From: Octopus vulgaris | Taxonomy: Eukaryota | Reading direction: 5' to 3' | Length of the DNA: 64,000 bases | Assembly: GCA_951406725.2 (NCBI GenBank) | Contig: OX597837.1 | Coordinates: 38,936,001-39,000,000 of the forward strand | In this document: positions 12,412 through 25,668 of the stretch, one piece after another | Layout of the letters: every line of letters begins with the position of its first letter | Position numbering within the stretch: the stretch's first letter is position 1 | Position numbers and translations under genes: made by a program | Notes under the pieces: generated by a model | Seen by the model: only the letters and a program-made list of their open reading frames with translations | Told to the model about the DNA's origin: nothing | Databases searched by the model: none

Positions 12412-13028
12412 CGGTATTTCGTCTGCCGCTACGTTCTGAGTTCAAATTCCGCCGAGGTCGACTTTGTCTTTCACCCTTTCGGGGTCGATTAAATAAGTAC
12501 CAGTAACGCACTGGGGTCGATATAATCGACTTTATCCCTTTGTCTGTCCTTGTTTGTCCTCTGTGTTTAGCCCCTTGTGGGTAGTAAAGAAATAGGTATT
12601 TCGTCTGCCGCTACGTTCTGAGTTCAATTTCCGCCGAGGTCGACTTTGCCTTTCATTCTTTCGGGATCGATAAATTAATAACCAGTTACGCACTGATGCC
12701 GATATAATCGACTTAATCCGTTTGACCTCTCTGTGTTGAGCCCCTTGTGGGCGACCTCGGCGGAATTTGAACTCAGAACGTAACGGCAGACGAAATACCT
12801 ATTTCTATTTCTTTATTACCGACAAGGGGCTAAACACAGAGGGGACAAACAAGGACATACATAGGTATTAAGTGGATTACATCGACCCCAGTGCGTAACT
12901 GGTACTTAATTTATCGACCCTGAAAGGATGAAAGGCAAAGTCGACCTCGGCGGAATTTGAACTCACTACGTAACGGCAGACGAATTACCGCTAAGCATTT
13001 CGCCCGGCGTGCTAACGTTTCTGCCATC
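12412..13028. mobile_element. Two oppositely oriented tandem SINE clusters of the 174-bp family
   Basis: + units 12412-12750 abut - units 12752-13028. Confidence 0.85.
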
Positions 13029-14489
13029 GCTGTAATTGACTATACCCCCCTCCCCACCCACCTACGCAATCTTCGGTCCTTTTGCCTTTAGTTGATTGGA
13101 TAATTACTATAACTCTTTTGTAAAAAAAATAGGAAAGTAACTGCAGTGGAAAATTTAAACCCGTCTTTCTCCGAATCGTGAATCAGGAAGTTTTGCAGAT
13201 TAGGTAATGTTAATGGTTATTTATATTTGCATTTTATAACTGCTACTTTTAGCGATCCTTTGAAAAATGAGAGTTTAAGTGTAAGGCGATCACATCGTAG
13301 GCTATCTTTTTTATTTCCTGTAGGCTAACATGTTTATCCGGCATCGGTTCCCAACAGGGTCCCATGTAAAACCCTTGCTGTTAAGATTTGTGCATAAGAA
13401 TTATACTTCTATAATACACAAAATATTCGTCGATCTTCTAGCAATTTTTTTAAAAATACAATTCCTAATAATATTTAATTACACAGCCGGTGCTACTTGA
13501 GAACAATGGTCACGGTGCGCGCACTCACGCATCCGCGCAAGCTAATCATAATTAGTCGATCTTTACTTTGTGTTTTTTGTGTGTTAAATAAATAACATAC
13601 ACACTACGTCCGTCCCCCCGTGTGTATAATGAAATATATATTTAAAATATATATTTGCAACAGATATCTCTTAGATCCTGTAGATTGAGTGTATTCACAG
13701 GTTTGTTTCAAAAACTAAAACTTTTTTCAAGGTTCAGTGAGAGGAATATCGAAAATTTCACACGATCTGACTTTTTTTCCCTCCATAACTTTCAGGGGAA
13801 ATGGCTATACTTTTTGTAATGGATCGTAAACACACCAGCATCGGTTCTCAAGCGATATGCTGGGGGGACAAACACAGACACACAAACATATACACACACA
13901 TACATATATATATATAAGGGGCTTCTTTCAGTTTCCGTCTACCAAATCCACTCACAAGGCTTTGGTCAGCCCAGGGCTATAGTAGAAGATACTTGCCCAA
14001 GGTGCCACGCAGTGGGACTGAACCCGGAACCATGTGGTTGGTAAACAAGCTACTTACCACACAGCCACGTTGCAAGAACTAAAACTTTTTTCAAGGTTCA
14101 GTGAAAGGAATATCGGAAAATTTCACACGATCTGACTTTTTTTCCCTCCATAACTTTCAGGGGAAATGGGTATACTTTTTGTAAAGGATCGAGAAGGGGG
14201 AAGGAATTTCGGATCAGACGGCCCACATAAGTTGGAAATTGGGGCAATTTGGCGATCCTTTGTTTTAACTCGAAATAATGTAATCACTGAATCGGTCATT
14301 TCCGTGACCACATGTCTTGTCAATTTGGAATAGAAAGCTAAATGGGTTGTGCGTGCTTGTTCCTGTGTGTGTGTGTGTGTGCGAGCGCGTGCTTGTTCCT
14401 GTGTGTGTGTGTGTGTGTGTGTGTGCGAGCGCGTGCTTGTTCCTCTGTGTATGTGTGTGTGTGCGAGCGCTTGCTTGTTCTGTGTATAT

Positions 14490-14882
14490 ACTCTTTACTC
14501 TTTACTTGTTTCAGTCATTTGACTGCGGCCATGCTGGAGCACCGCCTTTAGTCGAAGAAATCGACCCCCAGGACTTATTCTTTGTAAGCCTAGTACTTGT
14601 TCTATCGGTCTCTTTTGCCGAACCGCTAAGTTACGGGGACGTAAACACACCAGCATCGGTTGTCAAGCGATGCTAGGGGGACAAACACATGCACACACAC
14701 ACACATATATACATATATACGATGGGCTTCTTTCAGTTTCCGTCTACCAAATCCACTCACAAGGCTTTGGTTGGCCCAGGGCTATAGTAGAAGACACTTG
14801 ACCAAGGTGCCACGCAGTGGGACTGAACCCGGAACCATGTAGTTGGTAAACAAGCTACTTACCACACAACCACTCCTGCGCC
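14490..14882 (-). mobile_element. Full-length CORE-type tRNA-derived SINE; other copies ~16010-16410 (+), 23472-23866 (+), 30303-30707 (-), 40151-40528 (-)
   Basis: A box TGGCTGTGTGG-like, B box GGTTCAGTCCC, CORE motif CCTTGGGCAAG in sister copies, internal (TA/TG)n, tail ...GACTGAAACAAGTAAAAGA. Confidence 0.9.
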
Positions 14883-16650
14883 TATATGTGTGTCAGTTCT
14901 GTTTTTTTTTTTTATTTGTTGTGGAATGTTGAAATAACACACAGGAACAAACACACACACACACACGAACAAGCACGATCGCACAATCCATTAGCTTTCT
15001 CTTCCAAATTGACAAGACAACATGTGGTCACGGAAATGACCAATTCAGTGTTTACATTATTTCGAGTTAAAACGAAAGATTGCCTATTTTTAGAGGAAAA
15101 TGTGTGATGTAAGGGAGATCTGGCTGTTGTTTCTAGCACATCACAAGATCTCCCTCCTTGTTTCTTTCTCACTCTCACACCTATTGATGTTTTTCAATAT
15201 CTTTCGGAAAGACTTCCTCCTCCCCCACACCATTTTCTCGCAAATTATTCTTTAAAAAAATTTTTATGTCAAAACCCCATGTTTTTGGATAGGGAGATTC
15301 CAGAAAATTGCCAAAAATCGGAATTTTGAAATTTTTTGCCCCCACCCCTTCTCCTCAATTTCTTCATATTTCACTTTTTTCCATCACCCTAACTCTAAAA
15401 CCCAACCCTAACCCATCCCTAAAACCCCAACCCTATCTCTAAAACCCTAACCCTAGCTGTAATTAGAAAAATTTTTGTAAATTTTTTCAGAATCGTAATC
15501 TCTGTATTTTTCTGCATATTTTGACAAAACAAAAATTTGTGAAATAAAAATTTACAAAAATTTTTGGGAATTTTTTCCAGAAAAAAAAAAAATTTCTGAA
15601 AAAAGTTAAAAATGAAGAACGGATGGGGTGTAATTTCAAAATCCCGATTTTTGCCAATTTTTTTGCAGATTCGTATTCTCCCTAGTCGAAAATGGGGGTT
15701 TGTGTAGAACAAAAGAAATTAAATAAAAAAAGAAAAGGGGTGTTATTGGGGGTGTACAAAAGGACATCTTGTCTAGTTTTCTTCCCATGAACACATTTTA
15801 TGGAATGATGATGCCAAAGTAACACATGCATTTAAATGGTAATTTAAATTTTTACTCTCACTTCCAACCAAATGAGTCCTTGTATTTGTAAGAAAAAAAC
15901 ATTTTCTAACAGAAAATTGTTATCAAAATAAATCATGTGTTACTTACCTCTTTTTTAAAAACACTCTGGATATAACCTAATCAAGCTCTTCAATATTTTA
16001 GAATTATATTAGGAGTAGTAGTGGCTGTGTGGTAAGTAGCTTGCTCACCAACCTCATGGTTCTGGGTTCAGTCCCACTGTGTGGCACCTTGGGCAAGTGT
16101 CTTCTACTATAGCCCCGGGCCGACCAAAGCCTTCTGAGTGAATTTGGTAGACGGAAACTGAAAGAAGCCTGTCGTATATATATGTATATATATGTGTGTG
16201 TATGTTTGTGTGTCAGTGTTTGTCCCCCCCAACATCGTTTGACAACCGATGCTGGTGTGTTTGCGTCCCCGTAACTTAGCGGTTCAGCAAAAGAGACTGA
16301 TAGAATAAGTACTAGGCTTACAAAGTATAAGTCCTGGGGGTTGATTTGCTCGACTAAAGGTGGTGCTCCAGCATGGCCACAGTCAAATGACTGAAACAAG
16401 TAAAAAAGTAAAGAAACAAGTGGGGGAAGGGAGTGGGGCTAAAAAAAATCATAAATTTTCAAATTTTTTTTATAGTATGTGTTTTTATGTATGCGTTGAA
16501 TTATGTATCCTCACCACTGGGCCAATCTTCTATTCATTCCCCACCCTTTTCACAATATTTATTTATTTGTTTTGGTTATCTTTCAGATACCCAGAATCTA
16601 CAACCTTTTGAGAAATTCTGTCATTGCTGGTAGTGATAGAATAGAAAGAA

Positions 16651-17185
16651 ATGGGATCTAAGAGAAAGAAGAATCTCTCGCGATCGCAGAGAAACAAGAA
16701 AAATTATGTATGTAAAAGTAGATCAAAGAAAAATGTAACAAGCATTCCTGAGCAAGGGAACTTTTCAACAGGCATCCAAAATGCTTTGCCGAGTACATCA
16801 GGCACTTTACAGGTCACCGAGGAACTTCACGATGCGAGCAATTCACAGCTGAGGCCATACGTTGATGACTCATCAGATGATGATATAGAGATAATGAGTC
16901 CAGAACACAAGAGGCGCCTGAATGACTGTTCTGTGAAATTGGTGGAAAATATGATTCCTGATGAAATGCTCAATATTTTATTGGCAAAGAAAGTATTAAC
17001 AAACTATGAGATGGACACAGTTAAAAGTAAGGGAATCCGTATGGCTATGAATGAAATGCTCATTTCTTTGGTGACCTGCAAGCCAGATAAAGCATTTAGT
17101 GTACTTGTAGAGGCCCTGAAGAGATCTGGGCAAAAGCATTTGGCCAAGTTACTGACATCTACCGAGTATCGAAAACGGAAACCAG
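16651..17185 (+). CDS. CARD-domain protein, first coding exon (gene A)
   Basis: MSPEHKRRLNDCSVKLVENMIPDEMLNILLAKKVLT...PDKAFSVLVEALKRSGQKHLAKLL fits a CARD; acceptor TTTCAG at 16586; in-frame TAG 9 nt before the ATG; donor CAG|GTAATT, phase 1. Confidence 0.9.
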
Positions 17186-17504
17186 GTAATTTCTTCACAT
17201 ACAAATACAGACACACTCTTTCTTTCATAAACACTCCACAACACTTCCCCTTACAAACATACACTCTGTCTTTTTTACACATGCACACGCACACACACAC
17301 ACACACACTGAGGCATACATAGCTCCAGCTCCTTGCATTTCACACTACTATTGAAAATCAGTTAATTGTGAAACCGGTTAAGTAAATGCAACTAAATCTT
17401 GTTAAAGATACCAAGTTCATTTTCAATCTTTATCCTCTTTATACCTCCACATGTGTAAAGAAAACCCTTATGTACACACATACACCCACATGAAACATAT
17501 ATAT

Positions 17505-17685
17505 ATCATCATCATCATCATCATCATTTAGCGCCCGCTTTCCATGCTGGCATGGGTTGGACGGTGCAACTGGGGTCTGGGAAGCCAGAAGGCTGCACCA
17601 GGCTTAGTCTGATCTGGCAATGTTTCTACGGCTGGATGCCCTTCCTAACGCCAACCACTCCATGAGTGTAGTGAGTGCTTTTTAC
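17505..17685 (-). mobile_element. Retroposon 3' end with (GAT)n tail; related copies ~19170-19360, 38770-39240, 43290-43640, 43660-44090, 45440-45790
   Basis: Recurrent TTTCTACAGCTGGATGCCCTTCCTAACGCCAACCAC core next to (CAT)n, often contiguous with RTE 3' ends. Confidence 0.75.
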
Positions 17686-20095
17686 AAAAGAATAAGTCCC
17701 GGGGTCGAGTTGCTCGATTAAAGGCGGTGCTCCAGCATGGCTGCAGTCAAATGACTGAAACAAGTAAAATAGTAAAAGAGAGAGAGTTTCTGTTACTTAG
17801 GATGTTGTTCCAAAAGCGTAACTGCTAGAATAAGAATAGAATGGGCAAAGTTCAGAGAGCTACTACCTCTGCTAGTAACGAAGGGGCCTCTTCCTCAGAG
17901 TGAAAGGTAGGTTGTATGACGTCTGTGTATGAACAGCTATGCTACATAGCAGTGAAACATGGGCTGTGACTACTGAGACTTGAGAGAAATGAAGCCAGTA
18001 TGCTCTGCTGGATTGGTAATGTCAATGTGCATATATGACAGAGTGTAGGTGATTTGTGAGAAAAACTGGATATACAAGGCATCAGATGTAGTGTGCAAGA
18101 GAGAAGACTGTGCTGGTACAATCATGTAATGCATATGAATGAAGGATTGCATCAAGTGATACCAGTCTCTAATTGTGGAATAAAGTGGTTAGAAAGTAAT
18201 CTTAAGGCATTGGGCCTAATAGAGGAGATCCCAGAGGTTTGCTGTGCTTGAGGTGACAAATCAAGCTATGTAAACTCATGGTTGTCCTTGCATACAAGCA
18301 CGTCCCCTAGATCACTCTTCAGTTGAGTATCCCTAATCTTGAGGGCTTGCAAGTGCTAGTGTCATGTAAAAAGCACCTATACCTATTTCTTTACTACTCA
18401 CAAGGGGCTAGACACAGAGGTTACAAACAAGGACAGACAAACAGATTAAGTCGATTACATCAACCCCAGTGCGTAACTGGTACTTAATTTATCGACCCTG
18501 AAAGGATGAAAGGCAAAGTCGACCTCGGCGGAATTTGAACTCAGAACGTAGCGGCAGACGAAATACGGCTACGCATTTCACCTGGCGAGCTAACATTTCT
18601 GCCAGCTCACCGCCTTAAAAAGCACCTATACCAGTGCCACATAAAAGCAGCCAGAACTCTTTGTAAAGTGGTTGGCTTCAGGAAGGGCATCAAGTCATAG
18701 AAACCTTGCCTAAACACACAGGGAGCCTGGTCAGTTCTTCAGTTGGTTATCTCCTGTCAAACCAGCCAACCCATGCAGTATGAAAAACAGACATATGATG
18801 ATGATGATGATTATGTGATTAAGAATCTCGCTTTGAAACTGAATGGCATTGGGTTCAGTTCTAGTGCACAGCACCATGGGCAATTGCCCTCTACTATAGC
18901 CCCAAGCTGACCAATGCCATGTGAGGGAATTTGGTAGAATGAAATTGCGAGCAAGCCACTCACTCAAACACACACATTCACATGAGTGTGTGTTTGCATT
19001 TGTCCCCTTACTACCACTAGACAATCTACTGTTGGTTTGTTTACATCCCCTTAACTTAGTGATTAAACAGAAGAAGGGAAAATAAGTTTTGGTTTAAGTT
19101 TCTTTAGCTAAGGTGGTGCCCCAGAATGACTGCAGTCCAACGACTGAAAGTGAAATATAAAAAATGATATACATCATCATCATCATCATCATCATCACCA
19201 TTTAGCGTCCGCTTTCCATGCTGGCATGAGTTGGACAGGTCAACTGGGGTCTGGGAAGCCAGAAGGCTGCACCAGGCCCAGTCTGATCTGGCAATGTTTC
19301 TACGGCTGGATGCCCTTCCTAACGCCAACCACTCCATGAGTGCAGTGGGTGCTTTTTACATTTAATGTCCGTTTTCTATGCTAGCATGGGTTGGAATATA
19401 TATATATATAAATGGCTATTTCTTGCACCAGCTTCACATAGAAGCCTCAGCCCATCTAAAGTGCCTTGGATTGCAGGACGGCCTGCACTGCTTACCTTGG
19501 ATCGTAGGGCGACCTGCTGTGCTTGAGGAGACCTATTGAGTCAAGTACATCAACAACAAAAAATGAAATGGAAATTGTAATTGTTATACCTTTGCCGGTG
19601 GCACGTTAAAAGTACGCCACAGGTACTTTATTTATCGACCCCGAAAGGATGAAAGGCAAAGTCGACCTCGGCGGAATATGAACTCAGAACGTAACGACAG
19701 ACGAAATACCGCTAAGCGTTTCGCCCGGCGTGCTAACGTTTCTGCCAGCTTGCCACCATACATATATATATATATAATGAATAAGTGGGGATAGATTCTC
19801 CAGGCTGGTATCATTTGAGCGCTCGATTATAATCCGGGTTGTGGCTAACACTGTATTTCATTCAATGGGTATATACTGGGTTTGCTTCGCAAGATTATCA
19901 ATATTTTACCATGTGTATATCTAAGACAATTACAATGAATATGGAGATTTGTACATCTGCATATTCTTTTATTTCCATAGTCAATTGTACAACATATTTG
20001 CTTTAAACTTATCCAACACATTTCTGCTGCATAGACATCGAGCAATTGCATTTGCATCTAGTTACTTTCAACTGATTATTAGTCTGCAACTTTAA

Positions 20096-20316
20096 CCCTT
20101 TTGATACCAACCCGGCTGAACCCACCTCTGGCTCTGAGTACAAATGTCTTGTTTTCATAAGTTTTGAATTAAAATCTTCCACCAAACCTTAGTCACAATT
20201 TATGTTCCTAACACTAGCTTAATAATAACTAAGTTATTTTACTAAATTCTTTGTCACATTTAAAATCAATCGAAAGAAACACAGAGCATCTCAACAGAAA
20301 TATGGTAACAAAAGGG
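20096..20316. mobile_element. piggyBac-type MITE (second copy 20441-20642)
   Basis: TTAA|CCCTTTTG...CAAAAGGG|TTAA; the second copy is also TTAA-flanked. Confidence 0.85.
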
Positions 20317-21636
20317 TTAATCTTTTTCACTCTGTGGAATCTTCACAGGTCCCATTAATATTGATGTTGAAGATATGAAAGGTGAAGATGACCTCAACAG
20401 CAATAAAATCATTCTTCCTTTCTTAAATAGCTTCTCTTAACCCTTTCGTTACCAACCCGGCTGAATCTGGCTCTGTAGTACAAATGTCTTGTTTTCAAAA
20501 GTTCTGAATTAAAATCTTCCACCAAACCTTAGTCACAATTTATGTTCCTAACACGAGCTGAATGATAATTAAGTTATTTTACTAAATTATTTATTATATT
20601 TAAAGTAATTGAAAGAAACACAGCATCTCAAAATAAATAGGGTTAAGCAAGGTCCATCCACAGATATGGTTCAAAATGAACTAAGTGTATGTAGGCTTAG
20701 CTAGCATTATTTTCTTAGGTTACTATAGTTTTTGCGTGCAAAGAATGTGAGTGAAGGATTTGGAATCCTGAATTGCTATAAAAACTGCTATGGGGTTGAC
20801 CTTATCCTGACCCTAGGTTTGAAATTCAAATTGAGACTACTAGATCTTTTAATTCAAAGTATATTATTTAAAAAGCCTGAGCCTTAATTGGATTATGAAT
20901 TAGTGATCTTCAGATATTGTGTACAATTATCGGTTACTAAACCAGACATAATTAAATATTGAGGTACACCGGATATCCTTTCTCCCACCACCATTAACTG
21001 TGTCTATTCTCCCAGACCCTCCTCCTCACTGTGCTGTTCTCTACATATTACCTGCACTCTCTCTTTCTCTATCTCTCTACTGAGACAAACACAACCAGGT
21101 TATCTGCCTACCTACTTACCCGGCTAGCTTTCGTTTCATTTTCATTCAGTCTAGAAACATGCCAACAACTACCCAGGAATTTACCTTGGCCTTATCAAGT
21201 GAAGGAGAATGCTATTCAACTGTCCACGTGTGCTTGTTCATGTGTGTGGGTGTGTTTGTGTGTATGAAGGAATCAGCTTGTTTCCTCTCTCTCTGTCTGA
21301 ACCCTTCCCTGTTGGTGGTACCCTACATTATACCCGCAATCCTCTTCTTCCTGCACAAACGCAACCAGTTTTAGCTGACTCCCTCCTAACCTAACATTGG
21401 AATATCCATATTTTTGCTACACAACTTAAATCGACACCATTCGATGACCATAATGCTTATACTTACAACACTGCTAACACCAGCTCCTACCTCCAGTGTA
21501 TTGTGTTATTGTGGTTTTGAAACATAGGAGGAAAACTGTTACTAAAGTTTTCAAATTATGTCTGTGTATCTGATTGCTTTTTTTCTGTGGAGAAATTGAG
21601 TGTTTTTCTTCTTTTTAAAGGATATTTAGTTGTGGT

Positions 21637-21910
21637 TTATATTTTTAATGATATGCTTTCCTTATTCAATTGGAATTGGGTTGAAGTGTTTCCAGTGCAT
21701 TGATAGAGAGAGACGATTTGGTATTTTGGGTTTATGTTTGCAGGGCATTGGTCTAAGTGTTTGCTTATGGGAATTTTCCTGGTCATGGGGTCCCAGATTT
21801 GTTGCTTGTATACCGTCAGTCTGTCCCTCAAGGTCAAACTAGTCTGACCTATGTAGTCTCCATCACACCCACCATATTTGAGGACATAGAGTAAGTTCTT
21901 CAAAGCACAG
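21637..21910 (-). mobile_element. Penelope-like element, GIY-YIG endonuclease fragment
   Basis: KNLLYVLKYGGCDGDYIGQTSLTLRDRLTVYKQQI...SKHLDQC. Confidence 0.82.
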
Positions 21911-22031
21911 GTGCTGTTTTTGTCTATTTTCTTGATATTTTGTGGTGGGAAAACTAATAGTAAATATTTTAAAACTAAAAAAAAAAACTAAGAAAAAAAA
22001 TATCAAAAGAGCTTGTTTATTTTTCTTGCAG

Positions 22032-22481
22032 GGGAGATAAGCGTGCAAGTTGACATTGAGAACATAGCCAGTTCTGACAGTAAAGGAAAAGAGTGCTTAA
22101 GTGAGATGTATAATGTAATGAAGTCATTGCTCAGCAGCATCAATTGGCAAGACTACTCTCCTGAATCTCATAAAGAGTTTATGAAACAATTTGATGATAT
22201 ATACAAGCGCTGTAAAAAGATTGCCAAGCTTCGAAGATTTCTATTCAGCAAAGACCGGGCATTTACTGATATTACAAATGGAAGTATCCATCTCTGGTTC
22301 CATTGCTATACAGTGAATGGTTTGTTAGATCTTTGGAAAATGTACAAAAGTGGGAAGTTTCTCCACCTTCTCCAGGAGTGTCTTATCAAACCAGATATAA
22401 AGCAGAAATTTCACCCGAAGATAAGAGTGAGAATAATTGATGAAGAATTTCAACAGTGTTATCAAGAATTATCTGGGCAAT
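22032..22481 (+). CDS. Gene A exon 2, TRADD-N-like domain
   Basis: Acceptor TTTTCTTGCAG, phase 1 matching the CARD exon; GSIHLWFHCYTVNGLLDLWKMYKSGKFLHLLQECLI...IDEEFQQCYQEL; donor T|GTAAGC, phase 1. Confidence 0.82.
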
Positions 22482-22569
22482 GTAAGCTTGACCATGTTTT
22501 CTAATGCTCTGAAACTTTTTTTTTACTTCACATTGTTTCTTTGTTAAATATTCAGGATGAAGCACAATT

Positions 22570-22775
22570 ATATCTATCTATCTATCTATCTGTCTATCTA
22601 TCTGTCTACATATCTATCCTTCTGTCTATTTGTCTACATATCTATCCTTCTGTCTATCTGTCTATCTATCTATCTGTCTATCTATCTATCTGTCTATCTA
22701 TCTGTCTATCTATATATCTGTCTGTCTTTCTATCTGTCTGTCTATCTGTCTATCTATCTGTCTGTCCGTCTGTCT
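22570..22775. repeat. (TATC/TGTC)n microsatellite
   Basis: Directly visible; resumes at 23060-23140. Confidence 0.95.
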
Positions 22776-23105
22776 ATTGTATTCTTATTCGTGTAACATC
22801 GTCCGTTTTTCCGTCCTTGTTTTGTATACATTCGAGGCTTTCTTCCAAGGAATCTAATGCGCTTGGCTTAGATTTTCCTTTGGGGCTGGCCAGGTCGGAG
22901 CAATCAGATGATCCGGTTTTTGACTGAAGATTGAAGGCTTCGAATGTCCCGTCTGTGTTTTTTGTCTCGTCTTCTAAATGTTTTGCGTTCTTGTCCCAGT
23001 TTATATTTTCTTACATATATATATATATAGCGGCACCCGTACCCTTTTGGTCTTATTTATATATCTGTCTATCTATATATCTGTCTGTCTATCTATCTAT
23101 CTATC

Positions 23106-23138
<33 letters not shown>

Positions 23139-23414
23139 GTATATATATATATATATATATGCACACACACATATATACACACACACACATGTATACACTT
23201 AAATGCATGCACATATATACATACACACGTGTGCCTGTGGGTGTTTGTGCAACCGGTGTTGGTGTGTTTACATCTCTGTAAGCCAGTGGGTCAGCTTAAG
23301 GGACTGATAGAATAAGTACCAGGCTTAAAAGTAATTCCTGGAGTAAATTCATCTGACTAAAATTCTTCCAGCACAGCCACAGTCTAATGACTAAAACAAG
23401 TAAAAGGATGAAAG

Positions 23415-23474
<60 letters not shown>

Positions 23475-23869
23475 GAGTGGCTGTGTGGTAAGTAGCTTGC
23501 TTACCAACCACATAGTTCCGGGTTCAATCCCACTGCGTGGCACCTTGTGCAAGTGTCTTCTACTATAGCCTCGGGCCGACCAAAGCCTTGTGAGTGGATC
23601 TGGTAGACAGAAACTGAAAGAAGCCCATCGCATCTATGTATATATATGTATGTGTGCGTGTGTATTTGTGTGTCTGTGTTTGTCCCCCTAGCATTGCTTG
23701 ACAACCGATGCTGGTGTGTTTACGTCCCCGTCACTTAGCGGTTCGGCAAAAGAGACCGATAGAATAAGTACTGCGCTTACAGAGAATAATTCCCGGGGTC
23801 GAGTTGCTCGACTAGAGGCGGTGCTCCAGCATGGCTGCAGTCAAATGACTGAAACAAGTAAAAGAATAT

Positions 23870-24930
23870 ATGTAGCGTCATCTTGTAAATAATGCTGTCT
23901 TTTCAGTTGCATGAACTAAAAGTTGGCGGGAGACAGGATAACAAAAGCAGGTTGTAATTTTACCATGTACTTATTCTTTGTGCAAGTTTTGAAGAGTTCA
24001 GTTATTTTTTCAAAGCTATAATGGAAATGACAAAGGAACATATTCGGCATATTTTGCTTTATGAGTTCAATAAAGGCAAACAACGCAACAGAAAGTGCAA
24101 GGAATGTTAATGCAGCATACAGCGATCGGACAAGTGTAATCCAGTGTCAACAGTGGTTCCAGAAATTCTGAGATGGAAACTACAGCCTAGAAAACGAGCC
24201 TCACCCTGAAAGATCTGTAGAGGTTGACGATGATGTCCTGCAAAACATGGTGGAACAAAATCCTGTTGTAATTGTTGAAGAACTAGCAGAGAAGCTTGGA
24301 TTTGGTCATTCAACCATTCATCGACATCTCTGTGCCATCAGAAAAGTCAGCAAATTCAGTCAATGGGTTCCTCACAAAATTTCCGAGTCTAATCGCGTGC
24401 AGAGAGTGAATGTGTGCTCTTCTTTGCTGTCACATCTCATCACTGAACCATTTTTGGACTGAAGAGTGACTGGTGACGAGAAATGGGCTCTCTTCAAAAA
24501 TGTCAAGCCCCGAAGACAGTGGGTAGGGAAAGGAGAAACACTGGTTAAAGAAGGTCTTCACCCTTGTAAGGTGTTGTTATTTGTTTGGTGGGATGTGAAA
24601 GGTTTAATCCACTTTGAACTTTTGAACCAAATGATAACAAGGGAGATCTACTGTGAGCAGCTTGAGTTGCTTAAGTCAGCACTAGAAGAAAAATTACCAT
24701 CTTTGGTTTGAAGACGAAAGGTGTTCTTCCATCAGGATAATGCTCGGCCATATACAGTGACGATGACATTCTAAAGGCTGGAGCAGTTTGAATGGGAAAT
24801 GATGCCCCACCCACCATATTTGCTGGACGTCGCCCCATCTGATTATCATTTATTCAGCAGTCTTCAGAATCATTTGGACGGAAAAAATATGAATTCTGTA
24901 GATGAGGTCAGAACAGTACTGGAAGAGTAT
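23870..24930 (+). mobile_element. Mariner transposon, decayed (second family)
   Basis: ATG 24021 MEMTKEHIRHILLYEFNKG; WVPHK, TGDEKW, HQDNARP and APSDYHLF; stops and frameshifts. Confidence 0.92.
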
Positions 24931-25509
24931 TATTACATATATATATGTTGGTGTCATTAGAATTTTAAGTGTTTGAGAGAATGTGAAATAATTTTATATG
25001 GAACTGGATCTCGAAGCATACATATAAACCTATAAATAATACCATATTAATATTGGGTTGGATAGAACAAAATCATTGGCTGCCTCTCAGGCTTGAACCT
25101 AAGTTACAGAGATGTAGACACACCAACACAGGTTGTCAAGTGGTGATGGAGGACAAACACTGACACACAGACATACATACATATATGTTGGGCTTCTTTC
25201 AGTTTCCATCTACCAAATTTATTCACAAGGCTTTGGTCAGCCTAAGGTGGGGCTTAAGATTTGGTAAAAAGGTTTTTAAGGGATTATAATACTATCCATG
25301 TATAAGTAAGTCCCATATTTTTTTAACCTAATTTTGACAAAAAAAGGGTTTCTTACACACGTTAAAATTAGGTTATATGACATTAGGGTATGATACAGCT
25401 TTGCAGCCCCTCATGTCAGACCCTGTCAGACTGTCCAGCCCATGCCAGCATAGAAAACGGGTATGAAATGATGATGGCGATGACATAAGTACCTGACAAC
25501 CCCAAGGCG

Positions 25510-25668
25510 GTGTCTCCCTCAAAATTGCTGGCCTTGTGCCAAAATGTGAAACCATTGTCAAGGCAGTGTCTCCTTCAAAATTGCTGGCTTTGTGCCAAAA
25601 TGTGAAACCATTGCCAAGGCAGTGTCTCCCTCCAAATTGCTGGCCTGGTACCAAAATGTGAAACCATT
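25510..25668. repeat. 56-bp tandem repeat, about 3 copies
   Basis: GTGTCTCC...AAATTGCTGGC...CCAAAATGTGAAACCATT at 25510, 25566, 25622. Confidence 0.9.

Noticed and set aside
15385-15455. Telomere-like CCCTAA repeats
   Set aside because: Short, degenerate and internal to an AT-rich repeat; not a chromosome end.
16010-16090. tRNA gene
   Set aside because: A and B boxes belong to SINE heads; no full cloverleaf.
17186-17322. ORF extensions GNFFTYKY... (and GNFFIHKY... after 47483)
   Set aside because: They follow a conserved GT donor and run into microsatellite, so are read as intron.
22920-22955. CTGAAGA...CGAATGTC hammerhead-like string
   Set aside because: No GAAA and no convincing stems I and II.
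22541-23281. YLSIYLS-rich ORFs
   Set aside because: Translations of (TATC)n microsatellite.
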